A stretch of 64,000 nucleotides of DNA. Source: a virus. The notes beneath the pieces were generated by a model. It was not told where the DNA came from. It saw nothing but the letters and a program-made list of their open reading frames with translations, and did no database searches. The stretch is from positions 1-64,000 of the IMG/VR virus record IMGVR_UViG_3300049719_000225. One strand, written 5' to 3'. This document shows, piece by piece, positions 48,119 through 56,557 of the stretch. The stretch's first letter is position 1. Every line of letters starts with the position of its first letter. A program made the position numbers and the translations under genes.

Positions 48119-48481
48119 TTATCGGTTTAGGCCTGTGGGTGAGAAACGGACCTGTACGCCCGTCTGGAAATCCAACAGGGGATCCAGGAATTGGGAAAGG
48201 TCAGCGAGCAGCCACCAAAGAGCGGGATCACCCTGGTAGAAATTGCTGATCGTGTCGGGACGATTGGACGTGGCCATCGTGACATTGACCAGGCGGTCGC
48301 TGTTTTGGGCCACGGCCTGAATCCTGAGCCCGAAGACCAGGTTTCCGTCCGATGGGTTGGTGTAGATGGGCGTGAGCTGATAGGCCGAGTCGTTGGCCAG
48401 CGTCACCGTGCTCGTGGATGGCGTTGCTACGGCCTGCAGGGTGGTGCTGCTGTTGACGGTTGAACTGCTGCTAGTGGCCAT
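48119..48481 (-). CDS. Baseplate wedge LysM-like protein (gp53-like)
   Basis: NRPDTISNFYQGDPALWWLLAD...DPLLD. Confidence 0.75.
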   Translation of the reverse strand: MATSSSSTVNSSTTLQAVATPSTSTVTLANDSAYQLTPIYTNPSDGNLVFGLRIQAVAQNSDRLVNVTMATSNRPDTISNFYQGDPALWWLLADLSQFLDPLLDFQTGVQVRFSPTGLNR

Positions 48482-48620
48482 AACATAAGTACGGTCGAGG
48501 CCCTCCTGCGAAATTCTTCCATTTTTTGGTTTACAGAAGTTATCATCGTGTTCTCTTCAACGTTCAGAGAATCTGCCGGGGAGAGGCAGTGGTACGTTGC
48601 CCGGCCGCAGTGTCACCCCC

Positions 48621-49727
48621 ATGTCCATCTTCATTCCGCCTGCTCGTATTCGTCACGAAGACGAACTCTTCATCAACTCGCTCGCGCTCCAGTATCGCGA
48701 CTCCTTCTGGGATCACGAGACGCTTCGCAGCATCTCCGCCGACGCCCTCCGCATGATTCGGCACCTCGCTTCGAGGTACTCCGACCCTACCTGCATGGAG
48801 CTGAACGCCGAGGAGCTGGAGGCCGAGGGCAGGCGGAAATTCATCGAGCAGGTCACCGTCGTAAAAGTATTGACGGGTCTGCCCCAACGGTTACACATTG
48901 GTGATCTCGTGGTCTCCTTCAACGGTGCTCCCGTGTCGGATACGTCACAGTTGGCTAGAGAGATAGGCAGGTGCGCACCGAGGTCCGAGGCCGTAATCGA
49001 GTATTTGCGTTGGCCCAAAACCAGAAAAAACGAGGAAGAGGACAAGGAAGACAACAAGCCGAAAATGATGAAGGCTGGGGCCATAAAGTTCACGCTGGGC
49101 GACGAGGATGGGAAAGCTACCGTCTCCGGTGTCACGTTCAAGGAGATGGATGATGACACACGCTGGACAGGCCTGTCCGTCGAGAATTTCAACCCCTATG
49201 CCGCCGTTGTGGACGATGTGGATTCAGACGATTCACTGGTTTGTGGACGTGCTCCGAGGCCGCCCACGAGGGTCGAACTCTTCAGCTGGTTGAAGTGTTG
49301 CGCCAACAACCACATTCGGGGCATCGTCCATCGTTGTCGGTTCACTGTGAGGCGCACGGGACGCCGGGTGCCGTCCAAGGACAGCAATGTGGACTGGAAC
49401 AGATCGTTCAAGCCTGAGGTGAGTCTGGAGGCGGCCTCGGAGGACGAGTTCATGAACAGGGCCGTGGAACGGGCGGCCAGCGTGTGGGACTCCCATGCGG
49501 TGCAGGAGTTCGATGAGGATATGGGGGCGTCGAGGTACGCCTACCGCAGTTTCTCCCATCCTTCCAATTCCAATCTTACTATCAAACTCATCAGTTTACA
49601 TCTGCGTCTTCTACCAAATGATCTCGTCTCTATCGACAACTGCGCCTACCTCAACCTCCTCGCCGACCATTACCGTGAAAACGGATGCTCGGTCAGGTAC
49701 ACTTACACGCCACAGGCATCCGCATAG
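48621..49727 (+). CDS. Sigma-factor-like protein, N-terminal part (region 2 with inserted PDZ domain)
   Basis: RMIRHLASRY...AEELEAEGRRKFIE, [GDLVVSFNGAPVSDTSQL], LFSWLKCCANNHIRG, EVSLE. Confidence 0.6.
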   Translation: MSIFIPPARIRHEDELFINSLALQYRDSFWDHETLRSISADALRMIRHLASRYSDPTCMELNAEELEAEGRRKFIEQVTVVKVLTGLPQRLHIGDLVVSFNGAPVSDTSQLAREIGRCAPRSEAVIEYLRWPKTRKNEEEDKEDNKPKMMKAGAIKFTLGDEDGKATVSGVTFKEMDDDTRWTGLSVENFNPYAAVVDDVDSDDSLVCGRAPRPPTRVELFSWLKCCANNHIRGIVHRCRFTVRRTGRRVPSKDSNVDWNRSFKPEVSLEAASEDEFMNRAVERAASVWDSHAVQEFDEDMGASRYAYRSFSHPSNSNLTIKLISLHLRLLPNDLVSIDNCAYLNLLADHYRENGCSVRYTYTPQASA

Positions 49728-50958
49728 CGAGTCTCCGGAAGCAGTCCTGGCGGATTTGGAGTTCTTGGTCTACCATCAACTCACGAACCCAAACCCGCAG
49801 GCATGCACGCTTGCGGAGATCGACAGTTTTCGCGGGAGAAAATCCAAGGGTCCCATCAAGGTGGACATCACTGAGGACAATCTCGCGGATGGCCTGGGGA
49901 TGCCCCGTGAACTTTTTCACCAGGTGCGCTCAGGCATAAAGGAGAAAATCGCCCACCACATGACACTCCAACCACACGAACAGGCCCACCACACAGCAGT
50001 AATGGCCCTTGAAAGGCTCTTCGAGGTGCACGTACCCAGGCTCATCGAGCCCATTGTCGTCCGTCGCATCTTCACGATGAAGGCCCGTGCCGACTACAAG
50101 AAGATCATCAACGGATGGACGGACCCAGGTACTGGCGTTCATTTGTCGTTCGAGCAGATCTCGGACCTGTTGCGGACGGTGGGGGCCAAGCCCCCGGTCA
50201 TGGACGCCAATCAGACCACGCTCGCTTGTTTCGGTATTCTTTGGGAGGCGAACAACAATGCCTGCCGCAACTGTGACCTCTTTGCATCCTGCAACGCCGA
50301 GGCAGCCACACTCGGGCTGGCCATCCCCATGACATCGACCACTGCTAGCGTACTAGACAAGGGCGGATTCAACCTGTCACCGAAGCTGTTGCCCGCCGTA
50401 GCCAAGGTGCGCACCGCCCACAAGACAGACGAGAGCGCCCGGCCCCAGCTCTCAACCAAGACCGACAAGCCCGTAACCTCTTCCCTCGCCGAGGAGGAGA
50501 TGGTGAACTACCTGGAGAAGAATTTCTGGGGGTTCAACTGCTTCATCTACAAGTACTACACGCACAGAGGCGACACGAGCATGAACAAGGGTACCAGCTA
50601 CCTGTTCTGGCTTGGCCGCCTTCTGGACGGAAAACGCACGAAGCGCACCGAGGACGGTGGTCAGCTCAGGCTCGCATTCATTCCGCCCAACAAACCGGAG
50701 GTGAAGGAGCCGCAGGAGGGCGAGTCGCTGCCCCCACCCCCACCCTATCCGCCCGCCTGGTGGCTGGAAATGCGTTCCAAACTGGAGAAAATAGGCGGCA
50801 GCTACTATCTTCCCTTGAACTGCGAGTACAGCACACTGGTGGAGCTGTGCGAGAAACAGGCTCAATGCAGGCCTTCCCACGTTGAGTCCAGGCCTCCCCG
50901 GCCCAAGAAACCGAAGAAGGCCAAGTCCCTATGCCCGAAACCTCCGTCCTCGACCTGA
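49726..50958 (+). CDS. Sigma region-4-like HTH plus Cys4 domain; probable +1-frame continuation of 48621
   Basis: LADLEFLVY...TEDNLADGLGMPRELFHQVRSGIKEKI; CFG...CRNCDLFASC; no convincing independent start. Confidence 0.5.
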   Translation, partial: SESPEAVLADLEFLVYHQLTNPNPQACTLAEIDSFRGRKSKGPIKVDITEDNLADGLGMPRELFHQVRSGIKEKIAHHMTLQPHEQAHHTAVMALERLFEVHVPRLIEPIVVRRIFTMKARADYKKIINGWTDPGTGVHLSFEQISDLLRTVGAKPPVMDANQTTLACFGILWEANNNACRNCDLFASCNAEAATLGLAIPMTSTTASVLDKGGFNLSPKLLPAVAKVRTAHKTDESARPQLSTKTDKPVTSSLAEEEMVNYLEKNFWGFNCFIYKYYTHRGDTSMNKGTSYLFWLGRLLDGKRTKRTEDGGQLRLAFIPPNKPEVKEPQEGESLPPPPPYPPAWWLEMRSKLEKIGGSYYLPLNCEYSTLVELCEKQAQCRPSHVESRPPRPKKPKKAKSLCPKPPSST

Positions 50959-51278
50959 CCGACAGCGAACTCCTAGACAAGGACATCATTCGTCTGAGAG
51001 ACGTGGTGCCCAGCCAGTTTTGGGTGCTTGCCGTCCTGGGTACAATCATGCTGGTGGGAGCGGCCTACCAAATCACGCCTCGCGTTGGCTGGGAGGTGGC
51101 GGCCCTGGCAGCCGGATCCGCCTTCTGCTTTTTCTGCGCGGGCCTGGTGGCCACGGTGAAGGTGCTATTCATGCTGAGCAGGAGCCAGCTTGAGGTGCGC
51201 ATCCTTGCCACGCAGCTTCCCCGTGAGGCCGCCTCACTTGTTGTGTCCCACATGAGCCCGTCAGGTCTCGGAAGGTAG
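50931..51278 (+). CDS. Two-TM membrane protein
   Basis: FWVLAVLGTIMLVGAAY and VAALAAGSAFCFFCAGLVATV hydrophobic segments. Confidence 0.6.
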   Translation: MPETSVLDLTDSELLDKDIIRLRDVVPSQFWVLAVLGTIMLVGAAYQITPRVGWEVAALAAGSAFCFFCAGLVATVKVLFMLSRSQLEVRILATQLPREAASLVVSHMSPSGLGR

Positions 51279-51870
51279 GGAAAATGTTGTGGTAGACCTG
51301 GTATATCCAGGTCTCGAACTGTTTCACGGTCATGTTGTGTTTTGCGATATTGCAGACAGTGCAGCAGGGCACGCAGTTTTCTTTCGTGTAACCGAGAGTT
51401 GAGTCCAGTCTGTCCAATCCATTGCAGAGCGTTGTTTCGTTAAAGAGCCGCCTCAGATTTTTTCTTCCAGGATTGTATCCAAGCTTTGCGGGTTCCCCAC
51501 AGTAGTGACAACTCTGAGACGAGATTCTGTCAAACTCTTCATGGGTAAGTGCGAAAGGAAATCCTCTCTTCCTGGCGTTTCTCCTGTAAAATGAAACTCT
51601 GAAATGAAGATAGGCCTCGCCCGGTTTCTTGCGACCTATTGGACGGCTAGACATCTCCTTTCTTCTCAGACATCCACAGTTTGTGGTGCCACCGGATACT
51701 AAATCATGCCGTCTCGTGCCGGTGGTAAGTCTTCCACATGCACATTTGCAGAGATAGCGACGAGTGACGGCCATCTGTCCCACACTCTTTCCCGTTTTGA
51801 TCGGTCTACGATGCGGTTCTAACTCCTCGATCACTGTTAAGTTCCCGAAGGTTTTTCCAATTATGTCCAT
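51169..51870 (-). CDS. HNH homing endonuclease
   Basis: GKTFGNLTV, CKCACG, CHYCG, NGLDRLDSTLGYTKENCVPCCTVCNIAK. Confidence 0.88.
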   Translation of the reverse strand: MDIIGKTFGNLTVIEELEPHRRPIKTGKSVGQMAVTRRYLCKCACGRLTTGTRRHDLVSGGTTNCGCLRRKEMSSRPIGRKKPGEAYLHFRVSFYRRNARKRGFPFALTHEEFDRISSQSCHYCGEPAKLGYNPGRKNLRRLFNETTLCNGLDRLDSTLGYTKENCVPCCTVCNIAKHNMTVKQFETWIYQVYHNIFPTFRDLTGSCGTQQVRRPHGEAAWQGCAPQAGSCSA

Positions 51871-51882
51871 ACTCTACATACC

Positions 51883-53787
51883 ATGATAAGTTCTATTGCC
51901 GTGATCACTTACCGCCGTTTGGGTCCTCTGCGGGCTTTCCTGCAGTCCATTGAGTCGGTCTGTCCACAATATCCGCTAGCGGTGTTTGAGGACTGTGCCA
52001 CCTATGACGGCACGGCGGCCTTCCTGATGAAGGACGCCACCCCTCTGGGCTACGATAGTGAGTTTGACTCTGACGGCTACGAACACACCAGCCCTTCGGG
52101 AAGAAAATGGACGGCTTGGCTGTCCAAGAGGAACGAGGGTGTGGTCGGTGGTTCCAACAAGGCGTTGAGATGGATGGAACGCAACAAGTTTGACCACCTG
52201 TGCCTCTGCAATGATGACCTGTTGGCCAAGGGAGACTTCCCCAGCGTCTATCTGGCAGCACATCAGAAGCTAAGCGTGGGGCTGTTCACATTCTGTGACC
52301 TGAAAAACACGGCTCGGGCCACGTACGAAGGCCCCACTGTTCCTGTGAAAGGGCTCCGGGTGAAGATACTGCCCCGCATGGTTGGGATGATGATGAGCGT
52401 CACCTCCAAGCTTGTCTACGACTCTCCAGAAGCCATCGGTTATTTTGACGCCACCTTCGGACGGTTTGGAAACGAGCATTGCCTGTCATTTGATACTCCC
52501 TTAATAACTAGAAATGAGGGACTTATTAAATTAGGGGATGCGGATGGTAAGTGGGTTGAAGTGTGGAATGGTGATTCATGGACAGCTCTGAAACCCCGCA
52601 AAACGGGTTCGGGAAGAAAACTCTATCGCGTGACACTGAGTGACGGCTCCTATCTTGATTGCACGAGTGAACATCGCTGGTCGGTAACCCGCAGAAACAA
52701 GCCTAATCGATGGGCTCCGAGCCGCACTGATGAACTTACTAACGCATATCGTTGTGAACCCACGCAGCTCGATGGAAATTTTGGAAAGAAGAGGTACCCG
52801 CACGCTTACACACTCGGGTTTGCTGTTGGAGACGGATTTGTCGATAATACCACTGGAAAAGTGATCGTGCCGTTGAATGGAAACAAGGACATCCAATGCC
52901 CTGTGGCAGGAACCAGGTTCAAATACACCAGGAAGGGGATATGTAAGGGGGCTATGGTTGATAGTTCCAGATTTGTGAAAGCGAGGTTGGTGCAAACTTT
53001 GAAGTTGGATGCCGATGCGTTGCTGCCCCTGTTTTTTTGGAATCGTCATAGCATTTTGAGTTTCATCGCCGGTCTTGCAGACGCAGACGGCACACACGGA
53101 GGCTCGAAATACGGCATCCGGATTTCCATCAGTCGGGAGGACAGGGTGAGGCGACTGCAGCTCTTGCTCACTCGTGTTGGTATAAAATCGTCCATATTTT
53201 TATGCGGTAAAAAAGGTTCTTTGACCAATTTTGGACCTAGGGGAGAAGATCTCTGGGGGTTACAAATCACTGATTGTAGGAACATACCCTGTCATAGATT
53301 GGATACGACCAGGGGACGGCAGCCCATAAAAAAGGGCAAATACCAGGTAGTTAGATCAGTGACAGAACTCCCAGGTCTCCACGATACTTACTGTTTGACT
53401 GAGCCCAAAAATCACAAGGCTCTGTTTGGAAATGTGCTCACGCATCAATGCGACTACAACAACAGAGCCCGTCTCATGGGATTCATCAACCTGAGCAACC
53501 AGGCCCAGCTTGCCCTGGACGTGGAGACAGTCACACTTTCCAGCCAAATGAGTGAGTCAGGGCCTATTCCAAGTGCTATCTTGGCCTTTGAGCGGGGGCC
53601 TTTGGATGCGCGGGCTAATGCGGATGCTGCACGGGCCTCTCGCCTTTACACGTACGAGCACCTCTATCGACCCTATCGACTACCCTACCCCGTCTATGCC
53701 GATGCCTTTGGAATGCCCAACCAAGGCATACCCACCCATGAACTGGAACGACTGGGGTACGAGATGGTGATGGATCGCGTAACGTAG
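51883..53787 (+). CDS. GT2-like glycosyltransferase, intein-containing
   Basis: IAVITYRR, VFED, NEGV...NKAL, LCNDD, IGYFDATFGRFGNEH|CDYNNR. Confidence 0.82.
   Translation: MISSIAVITYRRLGPLRAFLQSIESVCPQYPLAVFEDCATYDGTAAFLMKDATPLGYDSEFDSDGYEHTSPSGRKWTAWLSKRNEGVVGGSNKALRWMERNKFDHLCLCNDDLLAKGDFPSVYLAAHQKLSVGLFTFCDLKNTARATYEGPTVPVKGLRVKILPRMVGMMMSVTSKLVYDSPEAIGYFDATFGRFGNEHCLSFDTPLITRNEGLIKLGDADGKWVEVWNGDSWTALKPRKTGSGRKLYRVTLSDGSYLDCTSEHRWSVTRRNKPNRWAPSRTDELTNAYRCEPTQLDGNFGKKRYPHAYTLGFAVGDGFVDNTTGKVIVPLNGNKDIQCPVAGTRFKYTRKGICKGAMVDSSRFVKARLVQTLKLDADALLPLFFWNRHSILSFIAGLADADGTHGGSKYGIRISISREDRVRRLQLLLTRVGIKSSIFLCGKKGSLTNFGPRGEDLWGLQITDCRNIPCHRLDTTRGRQPIKKGKYQVVRSVTELPGLHDTYCLTEPKNHKALFGNVLTHQCDYNNRARLMGFINLSNQAQLALDVETVTLSSQMSESGPIPSAILAFERGPLDARANADAARASRLYTYEHLYRPYRLPYPVYADAFGMPNQGIPTHELERLGYEMVMDRVT
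52480..53448 (+). mobile_element. LAGLIDADG intein in glycosyltransferase, C-terminal Gln (323 aa)
   Basis: CLSFDTPL...CTSEHRW...LGFAVGDG...FIAGLADADG...GNVLTHQ|C. Confidence 0.93.
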
Positions 53788-53794
53788 ATAGGGT

Positions 53795-53971
53795 ATGCCG
53801 ATCAGCATCAACGTACGCAGGCTCCTGGGGGAGACCACCACCACGGCAGGTGTGGGTAGCATGGGGGCTATGCCGCCCCTGGGCATCCCGATAAACTCTG
53901 CCCCCAAGGAAAGGCGCATCCGCAAACGGCGAGGAGCCATTCCGGAGCCCGCTCCGAAAGCAATCCCCTAA
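53795..53971 (+). CDS. 58-aa protein with LLGE propeptide motif (absent from ORF track)
   Basis: MPISINVRRLLGETTTTAGVGSMG...RRIRKRR; TAGATAG 3 nt upstream. Confidence 0.6.
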   Translation: MPISINVRRLLGETTTTAGVGSMGAMPPLGIPINSAPKERRIRKRRGAIPEPAPKAIP

Positions 53972-53974
53972 ACC

Positions 53975-54247
53975 ATGGCTTGGAGAGATTTCTATCAACC
54001 GGCACAGCAGGAAAACGCGCCACTGCCCCAACTCACAGAGTCACAGGTGAAGGAGTCGGTCGCTACTGTGGTTCCAGTCATTGTACCACCAGTGGAGGAG
54101 CTTCTCACACCCCAGGTCGAGACTCCCGCCACAGAGCTTCAAACAGAGAGTGGCGTAGCGTGTCGAATTGAGGGCAATTCGATGCCTCTGCCCAGGCGCT
54201 CTGATGGCTCTCGACTCTGTGCCAACGTGCACAGGTTCCTTGGATGA
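53975..54247 (+). CDS. Hypothetical protein
   Basis: 90 aa, packed between neighbours. Confidence 0.5.
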   Translation: MAWRDFYQPAQQENAPLPQLTESQVKESVATVVPVIVPPVEELLTPQVETPATELQTESGVACRIEGNSMPLPRRSDGSRLCANVHRFLG

Positions 54248-54621
54248 TACTGCCCATACCTGGTGGTCCTACTGAGAGGACCCAGTTCGAGGAAGACTTC
54301 GTCCTAGCAACGGGTAAGCAAGCTCCGGAGCCTCCTCGGCACCCACGCCCTGGATCTGCGCCTGCTGCGGAAAAGGTACTGCGCATAGACATCTCTCACG
54401 AGTATTTCTCAGGGGACTACCTGGTCATCTCCTGGGAGGGACAATCCGAAGAACACACACATGCAGAGACACTTGAATGGCTGAAGCAGCACGGTGCCAA
54501 GGATGAGGAGAAAATGAACGAGGCCATCAACTGCGCCCTGAATTTTGGTCGGTCGGTATTTACCATTCGGGACCCCAAGAGGCCAACGTACAAGACGGAC
54601 CCGATAGACCCCAAGATATAG
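54244..54621 (+). CDS. Hypothetical protein
   Basis: 125 aa, ATGA overlap. Confidence 0.55.
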   Translation: MILPIPGGPTERTQFEEDFVLATGKQAPEPPRHPRPGSAPAAEKVLRIDISHEYFSGDYLVISWEGQSEEHTHAETLEWLKQHGAKDEEKMNEAINCALNFGRSVFTIRDPKRPTYKTDPIDPKI

Positions 54622-54718
54622 GTTTATAGCCTGGCAAAATCTACGACTGGGTAAGCGTCTTACAACTAGGCAGGCCTGGATGTTAGGTGTTTCCAGTTTA
54701 CACCAGGCTGGTTAGTTC

Positions 54719-56512
54719 ATGTCCAAGATACTCCTCCTGGAGGACGTACATCAGTTTATCCCCAAGCCTGCTGCGGTCCAAGAGATCAAGGAAAGCATGG
54801 CTCGCGGTCAGCTGAAGTTCCCAGTGGAGATAACGGGACGCCTCTCCGTCATCGGTATCAGGAACGAGAACAACAGGCGCTACAAGAAATCGGTGTGGGA
54901 GAAGCAGCTGCAGGAAAACTCGCAGCTTCGCTCTTTGATCAAGGCCCGCAGGTCTGTGGGCCTTCTCGAACATCCCGAGGATGGTCAGGTTTCCCTGAGG
55001 TCTCCGATCACCCACATCCTAATGGATGTCTGGATGGAGGGCGACGAAGTTTTCGGGAAGCTTGGATTCATCAACACTCCCGAGGGCCACAAGATGCTGG
55101 CCCTGATCGAGGCGGGCTACAACCCCCTCGTTTCCAGTCGAGGCTATGGAAGCGTCGTACGGGGATCCGATGGCGTGGACGACGTTCAGGAAGACTACGT
55201 CTGCGAAGGCTGGGACTCCGTGTGGAATCCCTCCTTCAAGACCGCTGAACTCGACGGTTCCCAGCTTCGTACCAGGTCCGAAGCCAAGACCGAGTCCACC
55301 GAACCCGCCAAGCCTGCCCTCACGTCCGAAAGCCCCGAAGTCAACCTCTACGAGTCAAAAACAGAACAGAGCACCAACAACATGAACGACCAGCTAAAGT
55401 CCATCAGGGAGTCAATTGCTCCCCTTGCGACGGCTGATGTGGCCAGCATGCCGCCTCAGCAAGTCGCATCCACGCTCGCCCGCTGTGGCGAGTTGCACCG
55501 CCGGGCCGCTCAAGTGGCAGATCCCGCCTCTTCCTGGGACGTTCATGAGATTCACCAGGAAATCACCGCAGTGGAAAACCGCCTCACCGAGGCGATGTCC
55601 GCACCGGCGAAGAAGGTGGCTGCCCTGAACGAGCAGAGCACGAAGACGCTGAAGACCCTGAAGATCGTCGCCGAGACGGCGCTGAAGTTCAAGGGTGCAG
55701 CGACCAAGTACCTCAAGGAGGCGCAGTCCAAGTCGGCCAAGCTCAAGGAGACCATCGAGCGCGGACAGGGCTGGGTCAAGCGTGCCCGCATTGCCGAGGC
55801 CCGCCTCAAGAAGGTGGAGGCCAAGTACCAGTTCGCCTGCGAGTCGGTCGATGAGATCAAGGCTCGCTACGAGGCCGACACGACCGAGCTGGGACGCCGG
55901 ATGCTCCAGCTGGAGTTCAAGGAGAAGTTCACGGACGCCGATCTGCTGAAGCAGCTCAACGAAGCGTCTTCGCTCAAGGACCTCATCGCCATTCGCGAGA
56001 AGTTCAAGGAGCCGGATGGCGGCGTCGTCAAGGTATCGGGCGGCAAGGCCGGTCCCGGTGAGGTCGTGGGCAAGGAGGGTGCCACCAAGGATGCCGCGAA
56101 GGCCCCGGGTGTCAGCCAGACCCTGAAGACCACGCCCGTCAAGGACGAGGAACAGGTGGGCGTCGATAGCGAAGGCAAGAAGCTCGGCGGCTCCCTGAAG
56201 GGCAACGCTGGATCCAGGGGCGTTGCTGAGGATGTCTCATCCGAGGCCGGTCCCGGGGAAGTCGAAGGCAAGGAGAAGCCCACCAAGGACGCCGCCAAGG
56301 ATCCCGGCAAGTCCGAAACACTCGCCGACAAGAAGGACGACAAGGACGAAGAGGGCAAGAAGGGCGCAGACGACACTGGCAAGAAGGAGTCTGTCAGCCC
56401 CGGTGCTCGCACGACGACGCTCGTTGAGGCTGTCCTCATGAGCCCCGACCGTGAGTTCAACGTCTCGGAACTCTCAGGCAGCATTCGCCGCCTTTCGGAA
56501 TCTCGCAAGTAA
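54719..56512 (+). CDS. Prohead protease (gp21-like) fused to scaffold/core coiled coil
   Basis: NENNRRY, GLLEHP, INTPEG, VSSRGYGS, WDSVWNPS; then E/K-rich coiled coil and AGPGEV.GKE repeats. Confidence 0.9.
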   Translation: MSKILLLEDVHQFIPKPAAVQEIKESMARGQLKFPVEITGRLSVIGIRNENNRRYKKSVWEKQLQENSQLRSLIKARRSVGLLEHPEDGQVSLRSPITHILMDVWMEGDEVFGKLGFINTPEGHKMLALIEAGYNPLVSSRGYGSVVRGSDGVDDVQEDYVCEGWDSVWNPSFKTAELDGSQLRTRSEAKTESTEPAKPALTSESPEVNLYESKTEQSTNNMNDQLKSIRESIAPLATADVASMPPQQVASTLARCGELHRRAAQVADPASSWDVHEIHQEITAVENRLTEAMSAPAKKVAALNEQSTKTLKTLKIVAETALKFKGAATKYLKEAQSKSAKLKETIERGQGWVKRARIAEARLKKVEAKYQFACESVDEIKARYEADTTELGRRMLQLEFKEKFTDADLLKQLNEASSLKDLIAIREKFKEPDGGVVKVSGGKAGPGEVVGKEGATKDAAKAPGVSQTLKTTPVKDEEQVGVDSEGKKLGGSLKGNAGSRGVAEDVSSEAGPGEVEGKEKPTKDAAKDPGKSETLADKKDDKDEEGKKGADDTGKKESVSPGARTTTLVEAVLMSPDREFNVSELSGSIRRLSESRK

Positions 56513-56557
56513 CGGCCTAAAGCCAATTCAGAAACTAAACAACAAGGACAAACCACT

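Noticed and set aside
49525-49745. Group I intron interrupting the sigma-like gene
   Set aside because: Short, no recognisable P7 core or pairing, and two frames are open through it
49725-49875. TAG read-through or genome-wide stop-codon recoding
   Set aside because: The in-frame sequence after the TAG is uninformative and stops at TGA; many genes end cleanly at TAG and long genes are intact in the standard code
50931-51278. Holin
   Set aside because: Two TM segments but no late motif and no adjacent endolysin; left as membrane protein
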